DNA from: Rebecca billardiae RCC1528
Taxonomy: Eukaryota; Protista; Haptophyta
NCBI GenBank assembly: GCA_965240325.2
Contig: CBDEKP020000005.1
Span: 1 to 37,632 of the forward strand
DNA: 37,632 nt
Direction: 5' to 3'
The notes beneath the pieces were generated by a model. That model was not told the origin of the DNA. It did no database searches and saw only the letters and a list, made by a program, of their open reading frames with translations. The position numbers were made by a program, and so were the translations under genes. Shown one piece after another: positions 11,581-24,273 of the stretch; positions within the stretch are counted from its first letter, which is position 1, and each line of letters starts with the position of its first letter.

Positions 11581-12959
11581 GGCTGGCGATGGTCGCAACT
11601 CAAGTGGGATTGGGGATTGGAAGATGGGCTGAAAGACCAGGCATCGTATTCAACTCCAGCCGACCAACACTGCAGCTCTGTGATGCGGGCCCGGCCACTG
11701 TACTGTACACGGCAGGCCCGCCGGGCTTGCGTCGCGCCGCAGGTTGGGGTCGCCGGCCTTCCTATAGGCGCTCACCACGGCTCTTGCGACGGTGACGGTG
11801 ACATGGATGAAGACGATGGCGACGCCTTTCACGACGCTGCCTCTGCGTGGCCAGACTCGCTGCGCAGTCGATCGGCCGGATGCACATCAAAAGGGTGGTG
11901 GCGGGCCGGTCCGCGGCGGGCAAGCTCATCATGTCGTTCGGGCCTGGCGTCCGCGGCATGTGCCGTTTTCACCTCCCGCAGGTCGCATTTGAGCTGATGG
12001 AGTTATGCGGCGACGTCCTCAAGACCGGGCCAGAGGATCACAGCGTGGAGTGCAACGCTTGTTTTGCCGGGCGGTGAGCCGCGCGTGTTGATTCGCCGCG
12101 AATGATCGCTCGGCGACGACGACTACCGGTCGTCGACTATACGGCCGCGTACGTACTGCTATAATAACGGCGGTATAACTATCGGACCGTGTAGTAGTAC
12201 CGGCGGGCCGTGGCGCGCCGCCGAGTCGTGCCGATTCCAGGACGTTATTCCGCCTATTCGTTCCGACGACTCATCCGACGTCGGGCCCGCGCGCGCACTT
12301 GTTAGCCCGTTATTATTACTCGTCGTTGTTCACCTACTTCCTGAATTCCTCATCCCGATCCGAGTCCGACTCAGAAGTCAGTGTCAGATCCGGGCGCTGC
12401 GCCATCAGTGCGGGCGGCGTCACCACTTCTGTCGCCGCCGGCGGAACGTCTCCGCCGCCGGTCGGACCGGCGCTAGAAGTCGTAGATGAATTGCTGGCGC
12501 TATTGCTACTGCTAGATCCGAGTATCCGTCCGAGACGTGATGCGGCACCGTAATCCCGTGATGGGACATGAGTCTGGTCCGGCGGCGGCACTCGCCAATC
12601 GCGATAGTTCGACACGCGGTGACTGCATGCTCTGATGATGATCGTCATCTGTATATTGAGTGACTGGCGGGCAGCAGAGTGACGACGACGCCCACCGCGC
12701 TGTCGTCCGTCTAGTGCCAAGCTCCCAAGAGTCGTCGGGCCTTTGACTCAATTCCCTTTGACGCGGGGCGCCGTGCGCACCGGCGCTGCAATAACTCGCC
12801 AACTCGGCATCGTCACGAGTCTGCACGGGCCTCGGCCGATTTGGTGAACCCAGCGGCGTGCACTGCCGCGAGCGTGCTGCCCGGGCTGACCTTGGATTCG
12901 ATGCCAGAGTGATAAGACATGACAATTCCATAGTCTGTGCTTGCCCTCCCCACCGTACC

Positions 12960-13219
12960 CGCGTACGCCGCGAGTGCCTCCGTACGAGTTCATGGCCGCG
13001 TAGAACGGCGCACCGTGCGGCGGGCGACGAGGCCGCACTCGTGAGCTGCATGCTGCATCCAGGCAACGCCTTGGACGCGTACCTGTGCTTCCTGAGAAGG
13101 CGGGCCTCACGCCTGGCTGCGCTGGTGTCGGTGGACGCCCTGAGCTTCACCGCAGCCAGCCCACCCTGGGCGTCGACAACCTTGTTTACAAACCGTGCCG
13201 TGCAGGAGCCCGCTCCCAC
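12960..13219 (-). pseudogene. Degenerate protein kinase N-lobe fragment
   Basis: GAGS...VNKVVDAQGGLAAVKL...AARREARLLRKH resembles the Gly loop, VAVK and alphaC Glu. A frameshifted FYAAMNSYGGT follows. No HRD or DFG motif is present. Confidence 0.5.
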
Positions 13220-14137
13220 AAGCTGCTCTCACAGTGAGCCGCAGCTGGGACATCCATCTGTTCGGCCTCCTCGCTGGGGAGCGTCAGGTCGAGCGCCGGA
13301 ACTTCCGACTTGCGCGAGCCCAGCAGCCGGCCGAGCGGGCGCCCAGCCGCGCGCGCTCTCCCCCTCCGCGCGGCGCAGCGTGAATGAAGGCGGGCGCGCA
13401 CGACGTTGATTGAGAAAGAGCTCCTCCTCCTGCACGCGCAGGCTCCACAGCACGAGCGCGCCCGATGCGAAGAGGAAAGCATCGAAGGGTGCGGGCAGCG
13501 GCGTGCTCGTCGCGCTCCCACTGAGAGCGCGACGTGGGCAACGTGAACGTCACGTGCCGACGGGCGTCGGTCAGACGACGTGGACGGGAGGCGAGCAGCG
13601 CGGCGGAGGAGACGTGGGTGCCAGTGAGCGTGCACGGCGCGGACGGCTCCCCGCCGCCGGGCGGCGTCGTGTGCTCGCCCGCCGGCCGCCCGTGCTCTAG
13701 GATCCTCAGAATCCTAAGAAGTCCGCCTCGCCGGGCCGCGTTGAGAGCCCCAACTGAAAACTCCCAAGGGGGGCTTCCAGGTCTTGCATCTGAAGACCAC
13801 GATCTCCGTCCGATCTTCGTTTAGTCTATTGGTGCGACGAAGCAGGAATATGATTTTCTTTTGTCCTCCGCGTGTCGATCTCGCCGGCTCGCAAGCCAAG
13901 CCTTTCAGAAACGCGGCGCTGCGTGCCGCCGAGTGTGATCGATGCAGGCACGCACTAGTCTCCGACGGGCCCCGGGCTGCGTCGGCCCCGGAGACCGAGT
14001 CACTGCTGAGCGTCGGCGGCTGCGCCGCCGCGCGGGCCGCCGCGACTGGGTGTGGGGCCGTGGGCGTGGGCGCCGCCGTGGCGCCTGGCCGCTGGTGCCG
14101 GCGGTGCCGCTGGCGGCCCCATAAGTATATATATATA

Positions 14138-15732
<1,595 letters not shown>

Positions 15733-15780
<48 letters not shown>
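15733..15780. repeat. (AT)n microsatellite, about 24 units
   Basis: Read directly from the sequence. Confidence 0.98.
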
Positions 15781-15784
<4 letters not shown>

Positions 15785-16232
15785 ACGCGTCATTCGACGA
15801 CGTGGCGCATCACTGCCGGACGACTGGCTACTCTCAGCTGCCACTGAGCCCACTGAAGTTCTGTCTGAACTCTGAAGTCTGAACCGCCACCGCGTGCCCG
15901 GCGGCGGTCTTAATCGGGCGGACTTCATCCGTAATCTGCGTTACAGTGTTCTGTGTTAAGTTACAGCTGATACTCTCGGCTACGACTCAGTGAGTGCTGC
16001 GCGGCCCGAGCGCACTCGAATAGTTCTGCGCTTATATATATATATACGAGTCGTCATCATCATCAGTATATTCGCGGCAGCTCGCGCGAGTCTTACACGG
16101 GGCAGCAGGCGCTGCTGCCCCGTGCTGGGACCCGACTCGGCCCGCCCGCACCGGGTCACCGGGCGGACTGCCCCGGCGGGCTTCCGTCGAGGGGCAGGGT
16201 GCATCACGACCGCCGCGCACGAATGCCGGCAG

Positions 16233-17330
16233 TCATCCTGCGACGACTGCGCTGTCAGCGGCAGCAACCGAGAACCCAGCAGCCCCGAGTGCCGGCGCTG
16301 GCCCGCGCACTCGCGCCGCGGACGCTGCGAGCGCCGCTGGCGGTGCCGGGCACTTACTCGGGTGGTACAGGCTGAACTTGCGCCCGGCGCAGCCACTGTG
16401 CCGCTGGCTTAGGGTATGCCAGCCGCCGACCTGCATGCTCACCTCCATCAGCTTCTTCATCTGCTGCGTGGCGCGCGCGTCGAGCTCGCTCGGCGCGGAG
16501 AACCGCCCCTTGAAGCGCGGGTCGAGCGAGATGTCGCGCACGCCGCATGCGCCCGGCGCCCCCATCCGCTCCTGGCAGACAAATGGCAGCGTGAGCTCGT
16601 GGTGGGCGGCGACGCCCTTGCGCAGGGCCGCGTCCGTCGCGCGCAGGAGGCCGCGGCTCGCGCGCATCGTGGCGAGCAGGCACTTGGTCAGCTTCTGGCC
16701 GGGCCGACTGCGGCAGAAATTGCACCGGCGCGACCAGGGCTGGCCGGCGCGCGTGGAGCAGTTGACGGCCAGCAGCTCATCTGCGCGCGTCGCGTTGGAG
16801 CTGCTGAACATGCGCACAAAGTTGTACCACGCGCATGGCATGAGCACGTCGTCTTCAACGAACCACACGTGCTCGTACGCCTGGCGGGCGCCCCACACGA
16901 CCCACGCCACTTTGGAGAAGCCAGAGTGAAACGGCGAGAACTCTCGGATGGCGCGCTGCGGGTAGCCGAGGTGCGCGAGCGTGCGGTTGCCGACGGCGGC
17001 GGAGAAGCGCACCAGGTACGTGTGCGCGTGCTTGTTGACGAATGCCTCCACCTGCCGCCGCATCGGCGTCAGCGTGGTGTCGTCGTACAGCACGACCACA
17101 TCGTACGACTCGGGGCGCGACTTGACGGCATGCCTCAGCCGCGACTCAATGCACGGCGACCATCGGTGCGTCGCGGTCACGATGGCGTAGCGTGAGGTGG
17201 TGTCGATCCGCTGCATCAGCGTGTAGTGCCGCCCAGCCGACTCGCTGCCGGCACCGACGAGTGCCGGCAGCGCGAGCATCAGTGCGCGCACGGCAGGCAC
17301 TGCTATGCCCTCGCCACCGCGCGCAGCCAT
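16233..17330 (-). CDS. Secreted or membrane-anchored glycosyltransferase-like protein (GT-A type, resembles DUF3405), 365 aa
   Basis: Intronless ORF with high GC3 and a hydrophobic N-terminus (ALMLALPALVGAG). Motifs: YDVVVLYD, YEHVWFVEDDV (DxD-like), HHELTLPFVC and C-terminal LYHPSK. Confidence 0.75.
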   Translation of the reverse strand: MAARGGEGIAVPAVRALMLALPALVGAGSESAGRHYTLMQRIDTTSRYAIVTATHRWSPCIESRLRHAVKSRPESYDVVVLYDDTTLTPMRRQVEAFVNKHAHTYLVRFSAAVGNRTLAHLGYPQRAIREFSPFHSGFSKVAWVVWGARQAYEHVWFVEDDVLMPCAWYNFVRMFSSSNATRADELLAVNCSTRAGQPWSRRCNFCRSRPGQKLTKCLLATMRASRGLLRATDAALRKGVAAHHELTLPFVCQERMGAPGACGVRDISLDPRFKGRFSAPSELDARATQQMKKLMEVSMQVGGWHTLSQRHSGCAGRKFSLYHPSKCPAPPAALAASAARVRGPAPALGAAGFSVAAADSAVVAG

Positions 17331-17400
17331 TGTTTCGTCGGCTGCTCCGGAAGCAGCTCTCCGCCTCTCCCAAGATTTCGATCAGAACTTCAGAAGACTG

Positions 17401-17462
17401 TACTGTCAATCTCGCCTGCCTGAGCTGTACATGTGCGTCGTCTTATTCTTAGTTAAACTGTA
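17401..17462 (-). promoter_or_regulatory. ~60-nt conserved upstream element, copy A; function unknown
   Basis: Matches 32334-32388 apart from small insertions. Lies 70 nt upstream of the ATG at 17330. Confidence 0.5.
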
Positions 17463-18612
17463 GCAGTGCTTTTCCAGTCAACATCTTGGCGGGTTGTCCG
17501 ATGGAAGCTTCGGCCACGGCGAGGTTTTGTTCGGCGGCTAGAGGCCAGAAACTTCCGATTTTTTGCTCTGAAACCTCAGCTGATCTGCTCACAAAAATGG
17601 AAGGCTCACGGCCGATGGCGGCGGAGTTGGCGGTGGCGCTACGGGGCTTTCTGAAGCACCTATGCATGGGGCTTCTAGCGCTCACTGGGAACCATGTGGC
17701 TGCAGTCATCCCCTCGGCCAGTATGCTCGCGCACGTGCGGAATTCTAGCAATGGGGTCCCGTTCTATTCATGGCCGGGTTTTTTGACGCTGTCAGAAGGA
17801 CCGCCGCATACGTAAGCGGTAGACTCATTCTATGATTTAACGACACAGGTAGGACGACGCGGGTCTCCTGATTCGTCGGCGGCAGTGCCCGATCGTCGAC
17901 ACGAAGTCGGCGTTGGTGGCAGAGCATAGCCTGCACCGCGATCGGATTGCTTGAGCGCGGCCTTGAGCTGCTGGAGCGCGATCCACCTGCGCTGCGCGGC
18001 TCGAATGGCCCTGCTGTGTCCCCGAGCGAGGGCGATGGTGCAGGTCCGGATGTCAGCTGGCAGTCTCAGCCGCTGGTAGAGCTGGTCGAGCCTGCCCCGT
18101 GCTCCCCGGGCGGTCGCGTACGCGCTTGCCGCTCGAGCCAGCTGGCTGGCTGGCTGCGGCTGGCGCTGCGGCGTCGTCCAGGGTGCGCTTCGTCCGCTGC
18201 TGCGGCAGCTCATCGCCGTCCAAGTCGTCGCCCGGGGGCGAGTCTCGGTCCTCGTGGAGCGGGGCAGCAGGGACTGGCGTGGGTGCAGCGGTCGGCGCCA
18301 GGCGCGCCGCCTTGCGCGCCTGGCGTTCCTTGAAGACGCGGCTCGTCGAGGAGCTGACGGCTCGATGGAGAACGAATCCATACTGTAAGTATAAGCATCA
18401 AGCGGCGCAATTACACAGGTATACGACGCGTTGCATCAGCGCGCTAATCGAGTCGTCGCGTCCGCCGCCGGTTCCGACTCCGAGACCCGACCGACAACTG
18501 AGGCCAGCCGAGGAGGGCAGCTCCGCACGCGCCATATTACCTCATGCCAGCTGCTGCTCAGTGACAGTCTCTCGCTCGCGCCGTCGTCGCAGTATGAGTA
18601 TTAGAGTTAATA

Positions 18613-19176
18613 CAGGCAATCGCGGGCAATAAGGGGCTGTCAAGGTAAGAAACTGGGCCGGGCTTATATTACCATCTGCTGATCTGGCCTAGAAACTGAG
18701 ACTAGCGCCTTGGCTGGTTCGCTATAAGCACATTGTCCCACCGTAAGAAAGCGAGACCACGCCGGTACGCTCTCAGCCGGCGGCCGGAGGCCGGCCGGCA
18801 GCCGCTCCTGCGGCGCGCGGTGCGGCGCGCGCCTAGCCTGGACTCCAAGTCACGTCATCAGCGCCCTTCTGACCACTGGCAGTGCGCCGGCATCCTGCAA
18901 CATACTTGTAATAATGCCATCCATATTTGCTCCGCCAAAGGTGCCCAACTGTTTTCACTTCGGCCCCGGGCCCTCGCCTGCCTGGCCTCAGAAAGACTCT
19001 CGTCAGCGGGGGGCACTGCCCCCCGCGCGCTGCTGCCCGCTGCGAAGTGCGAGGCGGGAGCGGACCTAAGAAATTGAGACTCCGCAGGCGCTCGGGCTAC
19101 CGAACGGCTAAGAAATAACCGAGACTAGCCGCGTGGGATCTCTGAATTCCTATAATATTGCCCGCGATATTGTCTG
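18613..19176. mobile_element. MITE-like element with ~20-bp imperfect TIRs
   Basis: CAGGCAATCGCGGGCAATA pairs with TATTGCCCGCGATATTGTCTG. Left flank is TA, right flank TC. Several internal AGAAA..GAGACT repeats. Confidence 0.5.
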
Positions 19177-20775
19177 TCAGTAGCGCTACTACTCGGGTCT
19201 GCCCTGCTGCTTATGCTACTGCTCGCGCGGTAATCGCGTCGTGCCGACGACCGTGAATGATATCGTCCGGGACTAAGTCCCACGCGATTACAGTTCGTTG
19301 CGGACTACTGAATTTCAGCTCGACCGCCGGGCCACGGGCGCGCCTGCATGTGACCGACCAGTCTGGTCGTCCTGCCTGCGGCACTGTCGTCCGCCCCGCC
19401 ACCCCCCGCTAGGCGCTACAGCGTCACCGTTACGGTCAGCGCGTTCACCCGCGCCGAATACTCTGTCCATGAGCGGCGTGCCGATTTAAAAACGCGCGTG
19501 CATACGTACTGCTCTGCTGCTGCTGCTTGCATGCTGATAAACCAGGATGCGGCCTAAGCTGGCTGATGGCACCGGCTCAGACTGTTCAGAGCCGGTCCGA
19601 TTCGGCTCGTGTGATGAGAGTCCGTTTACACACCACCGCGGTCGTGCCATTCCGAGCCTCCGGTGGCAGGCTGTGAACGAGTACGGTAACCACGTGAGCA
19701 CGTCCGCGTAGAGTATAGCTACGTACTGCTCCGTACTCGGCTCTGGTCCCGCACCCGGCCACCGGTCCGCGCCTCCGGATTCGCGAACTCGTGGTTATCC
19801 GTGCAGGGCCGGTACGCGGTGCTGGCACTCACGGCTCACTCGGGTCCCGCGGGGCGTGATCCGACTGCTCACATTGCCGTCAAGGCTCTGTCAGGGTCAA
19901 GGCCGGCCGGCCGGGCTCAATCCCGGCCATGATGGCACGCGCGTCGAGTTCCCGGGTGGGGAACGCCCACCTGACGGCAGCCACCAGCCCACCACCCATG
20001 GAGGCACTCCGATCTGGGCTGCGCCTGCAGGCAAGGGCAAACCGGCGCTCAGCATGCGATGACGACCGGTGCACGAGCAGCAACCGAGGAGGAAGTGGTG
20101 GGCAGCCCCGTCAGGACCTTGCACACACCTAACACGGCCATCCGTGTCGGCTCTCACACGCTCAGTCACTCACACGATCGAAAGTTCAGGCGCAACTTGA
20201 AACTACGTGACTTCATTAACCATCATACCCACTTGGTTTGAATCATATGGGGGTAGTACATATATATAAAGGGCATGTCGTCAACCAGACAATCATTAAT
20301 CAAACCGGGGCACGGTTCATGAAGCTTAAACTTAAATATGGTCAGCCGTTGACGACCGATTTAGATACTCGTCGTGAACCATATGAGATATACTCGGGAT
20401 ATTCTTTTCAACAGCTCTATGATACAGCGAACTGAGAGCGAACCGTTGCTAGGGAGCCCAGCGAGAAATTCTGGGGAAAATAATATCAGTTCGCGGATGT
20501 GAAAGGACGAGGCCACGTATCTGGAGTGCTCGGGAGATTGAAATCTTGCATCCAGATTGCACATCACCACCCGGCCTTTGTACCCGCATCTTGGCATCTT
20601 GTGAGCATCTTGATTTATGCAATCCACCCGCAAGCCTGATGAAGCTTGTACGGATCAGCGCACACGCGCTGCTTCGAGGCCCCCGCCTGTGCCCTGTGTA
20701 CCGTATTCAGCCCCAGCGGCCAGCGGCCGGGACGAAGCAAGGGCACGGGGCGCTCAAGGGGGGCGCATCCGCGCG

Positions 20776-23700
20776 ATGCCTGCGATGCCGACGCCGTCCG
20801 GGCAGCACCGCGGGGGATCTCCGCTCGACGAGCTGTTCGCGCTCGACCAGCTTGACTCGCTCGTCGACACCGCGCTGCAAGCCGACGTGCTGTCGCCGTC
20901 GGACCGCATGGTACTCGATTTTGTGAACAACGTGGGCTGCGCGACGTCGGTGCCGATGCACTCGGCCATGTGCGGTGGCGGCTCGGTCGAGCGGCGGCTG
21001 GATGTACCCGAGCCCGCCGATGACAGCAGCTCCCGCGGCGGCCAGCTCGACCTCGCCGGCGCGCCAGCGCAAGCGCCAATCCGCATCAATACGGCGCGCA
21101 TCGGGCCGCCCTCGCAGGTGTCGACACCGCCCATGTCGTGGCGGCGATGCAGCGTGGGGGCGGATGGCACGCTGCTCAACGCGCCATCTGGCAAGCCCAC
21201 GCTGGGCTCAACGGTCTCGCTCGCGCGCCCGTTCGTCAAGCACGACGACGGCTCCTACTTCTGGTGCGCGCGCACGGCGCGGCGCGGCGCGGCGCGGCGC
21301 GGCGCGGCGCTGCGCTGCACTTGCATGCATGGCCGATCGGTTACCGTGCTGCCGAGCCCCGGTGGGGCGGTGTGCCGCGCGCGGCGCGCTCGGTACACGC
21401 ACACCCGCGCGCTCACCGCCCGCCCCTCGCGCCTCCCACGCGCGCGCGCGCGCCCCGTGTGCCACCGCCTTGCACATCGCCCGGCGCATCCTACCCACCT
21501 TACCCACCTTACCCACATCAGGTACAAGACCTGGCGCATCCCCGAGGTGCGCGTGACTGCGCCCGAGGGCTGCGCCGTGCGTATGCTTGCCGTCACCCTC
21601 GGCGCGCCGCGGGGCGGCGGCGACGGCCCGAAGACGCTCGGGCTCGTGCCGCTGCGCACGGGCGTGCAGCACGCGACAGCGCACTCGAGCCGCGAGGTCA
21701 AGCTGACCGGAATCCAGTTCGACACGACGTCGTACAATTGCGACCATGCGCTCTTCCACCTGCTGGTCGAGGTGGTGCCCCCGGCGGCGGCGGCGGCGGC
21801 GATGCAGACGAAAGGCCTCTTCGAGCGCGCGCGAGAGAGCGGCGCGGAGCACTGGATCTCCGTGACGGGCGTGCGCGTCATCTCAAAGCGCAAGAAGGGG
21901 GACCTGTTAGACCGTCAGCTCGATGCGCTCGCGCAGCCGGTGGCGAGCGACGTGCAGCCCGCGACGCCGCTGCCGCCCGTCCTCGGGCCGGCGCCGCCGC
22001 CGCCGCTGGCGGCGTCCACGCCCAGCCTGGTCCCCGCCGGGCCCGCGCCTTCTCCGCGCGGCGCGCAGGCGTACGCGCTGCCCGACGCTGCCGCAGGCAA
22101 CACGTCCGCGCTCGTGGCGGCCGTCGGCACGGCCTCCTCGATGAGCAGCGGCGCCGCGCCGTGGCGGCCAGCGCAGCCGTCGGCGGGCGTCGAGAGCGCC
22201 GGCGGCGCGGCGCACGACCTCGGCCCGGCGGCTCTCGCCGGCCTCGACGTGCGCTCGCGGAAGGCGCTCATGCCCGATGTGCACGAGCAGCGCGCGGACG
22301 CCAACGGTCCGAGCGCTCAGCGGAGGCGCGTCGGCGACGACGCCACGTCGCGCGAGACTCAGGGCGCGGGCGCGGGCGCGACCGCGGGCTTGTCCACGTG
22401 GACTGACCTCGACACGATGCTCGCGGCTGCGCGGATGGGCGGGCAGCTCCAGGGCGGGAGCCGGCTCCACGGGAGCGATGCTGAGCTGCACGCGCAGCAG
22501 GTGCTCGCTCTGCGCGCCGCGTTGGGGCAGGCGGGCGCCGTGCGGCCAGCTGGCGTGGGCGCGCCGCCCGCGGCTCTCGGCGGCGCGTACGGCGCGCTCG
22601 GCGGGGCGGGCCTCCTGCTGCCGCAGCCGCCGCCCGGTGTGCACGATATCGATCGCACGCTCCCGGCGAGCGCGCCGCCGCACTCCTCCGCCCTCGTCGC
22701 AAGCGCTGCTCCGGCCTTCTCCATGGCGGCCATGCACCCGCACGCTGCGCACTTTCAGACTCTCTCGCCCGGACCGAACTTTCCGGCCGCGGCCGCGGCC
22801 GCGCTGCTGCAGCAGAGGGCGCACCTGCTCTCGCCGCCGACGGTGCCGCGGATGCTGCCGGCGGTGCACACGCTCAGCCCGGGCGTGAAGGGCCTCGTCT
22901 GCCTGGGGACGGAGCACCCGGCGTGGCTGGACACCCTGTGCTACACGCCGTGCGCGCCACACATCGGTTTCACCATGTGCGGCGTCTCCGCCGCGCAGCT
23001 CATCGGGCGCGCGGCTCGCAGGGCGGCGGGCGGCGCAGGCGGCTGGAGGCCTCACGAGCTGCCACAGCCCCCGCAGGACGTGCTCAACGCGACGTGGGTC
23101 TCGAAGAACCTCGACGACGCGATGGGCGGCTCGATCGCGCCGCTCGCGGTCGGCGCTCCGGACTGGATGCACCGCGTGTTCGACGGCGCGTCCGTCGAAG
23201 TCCTTCAGGCCGTGATCAGCTTCCTCGGCTTCACGCTGCGCGGGCACCCGTCCGGCCCGGCTGGGGGCGGGTCCAAGGGGCCGCGGCTGCCGCGGCTCGC
23301 GCTGTCATGCGGCGTGCTGCGCCTCCGCGCCGACCTGCCCGGCGGGTACGCCGGCAAGCAGCTCGAGGCGGTGATGTACTACGCGCCCGTGCCACAGCGC
23401 CTTACGCTCCACACCTTCATGGTGCAGCGCGCGAACGTCTCGACGCCTGACTCGCACTTCCGGACGATGTGCGACGCGCAGCCGGACGTGATGAAGACCT
23501 TCGACGACGCGGGCTTCATCACGTACGTCTCGGCGGCGTCGGCAACCTTCTTCGAGCACGAGCCCTGGGAGCTGGTCGGCGGGGCCAGCGGTGCGCGCAC
23601 GCGACGTCGTATACACGCGCGCCGCGCGGCGCCGCGGCCGCGCCGCGTGGCCGTGTGCGCGTGCACTGCGCGCGCCCTGCGCGGCGCCACCGCCCACCAC

Positions 23701-24107
23701 GGCGCCCCGCCGCATGTGTCGCGCGCCGCTCGCGCCGTGCAGGCGAGGACCTGCACCCGTACTGCCAGCTCATCGTCCGCCAGAGATTCGTGCAGGAGTC
23801 TGATCAGAAGTCTGCGGTCGGGCTGTTGCCGCACACCCTCCGCCCGACAGAGGACAATGTCCCCGTGCAATCCGTCGTGCCGCTGCGCGGGGGCAACCAG
23901 TTGGTGCGCTCTCGTGGCATCTTCCGGCACATCACGGCGGACGACTACCGCTGGATGGACTTCCACTGCGCCTTCAAGCGCTCGCCGCAGGGCCACCCCA
24001 TCGACATCACCGTACGTGCGGTGCCGTGCAACCACAACGGCCGGCGGATGATCTACCGCGGCGACGGCAGCGAGGTGGAGTTCCTGGGAGAGATCGTCGA
24101 TGATTAG
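20776..24107 (+). CDS. Putative transcription factor: Ig-fold (CudA/STATL-like) DNA-binding domain plus C-terminal PAS domain(s); proposed exons 20776-21263, 21522-23590, 23743-24107 (upstream ATG at 20617 possible)
   Basis: In-frame 258-nt GT-AG intron 21264-21521 gives GSYFW-YKTWRIPEVRV...IQFDTTSYNCDHALFHLLVEV...VRVISKRKK. Intron 23591-23742 joins the PAS motif FRTMCDAQPDVMKTFDDAGFITYVSAASATFFEHEPWELVG to EDLHPY...YRWMDF. The PAS call is solid. The DNA-binding call is by resemblance only. Confidence 0.75.
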
Positions 24108-24273
24108 TGATGATGATGACGATAAACTGCTACGCGGCTGATGCTAGGCTCTGGCTCCGCGGTTGACGACCCGCCCTGCCATGCAGTCCGCCGGTCATAT
24201 ATATATAAACCGGGGCCGCAGCGGCTCGTCAGCCTGTGACCTTATTTATCAGTATACTAATATATAATAATAA

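Noticed and set aside
17880-18380. Minus-strand coding-like stretch (VFKERQARKAARL...) as a transposase C-terminus
   Set aside because: Low complexity, frameshifted and without a diagnostic motif.
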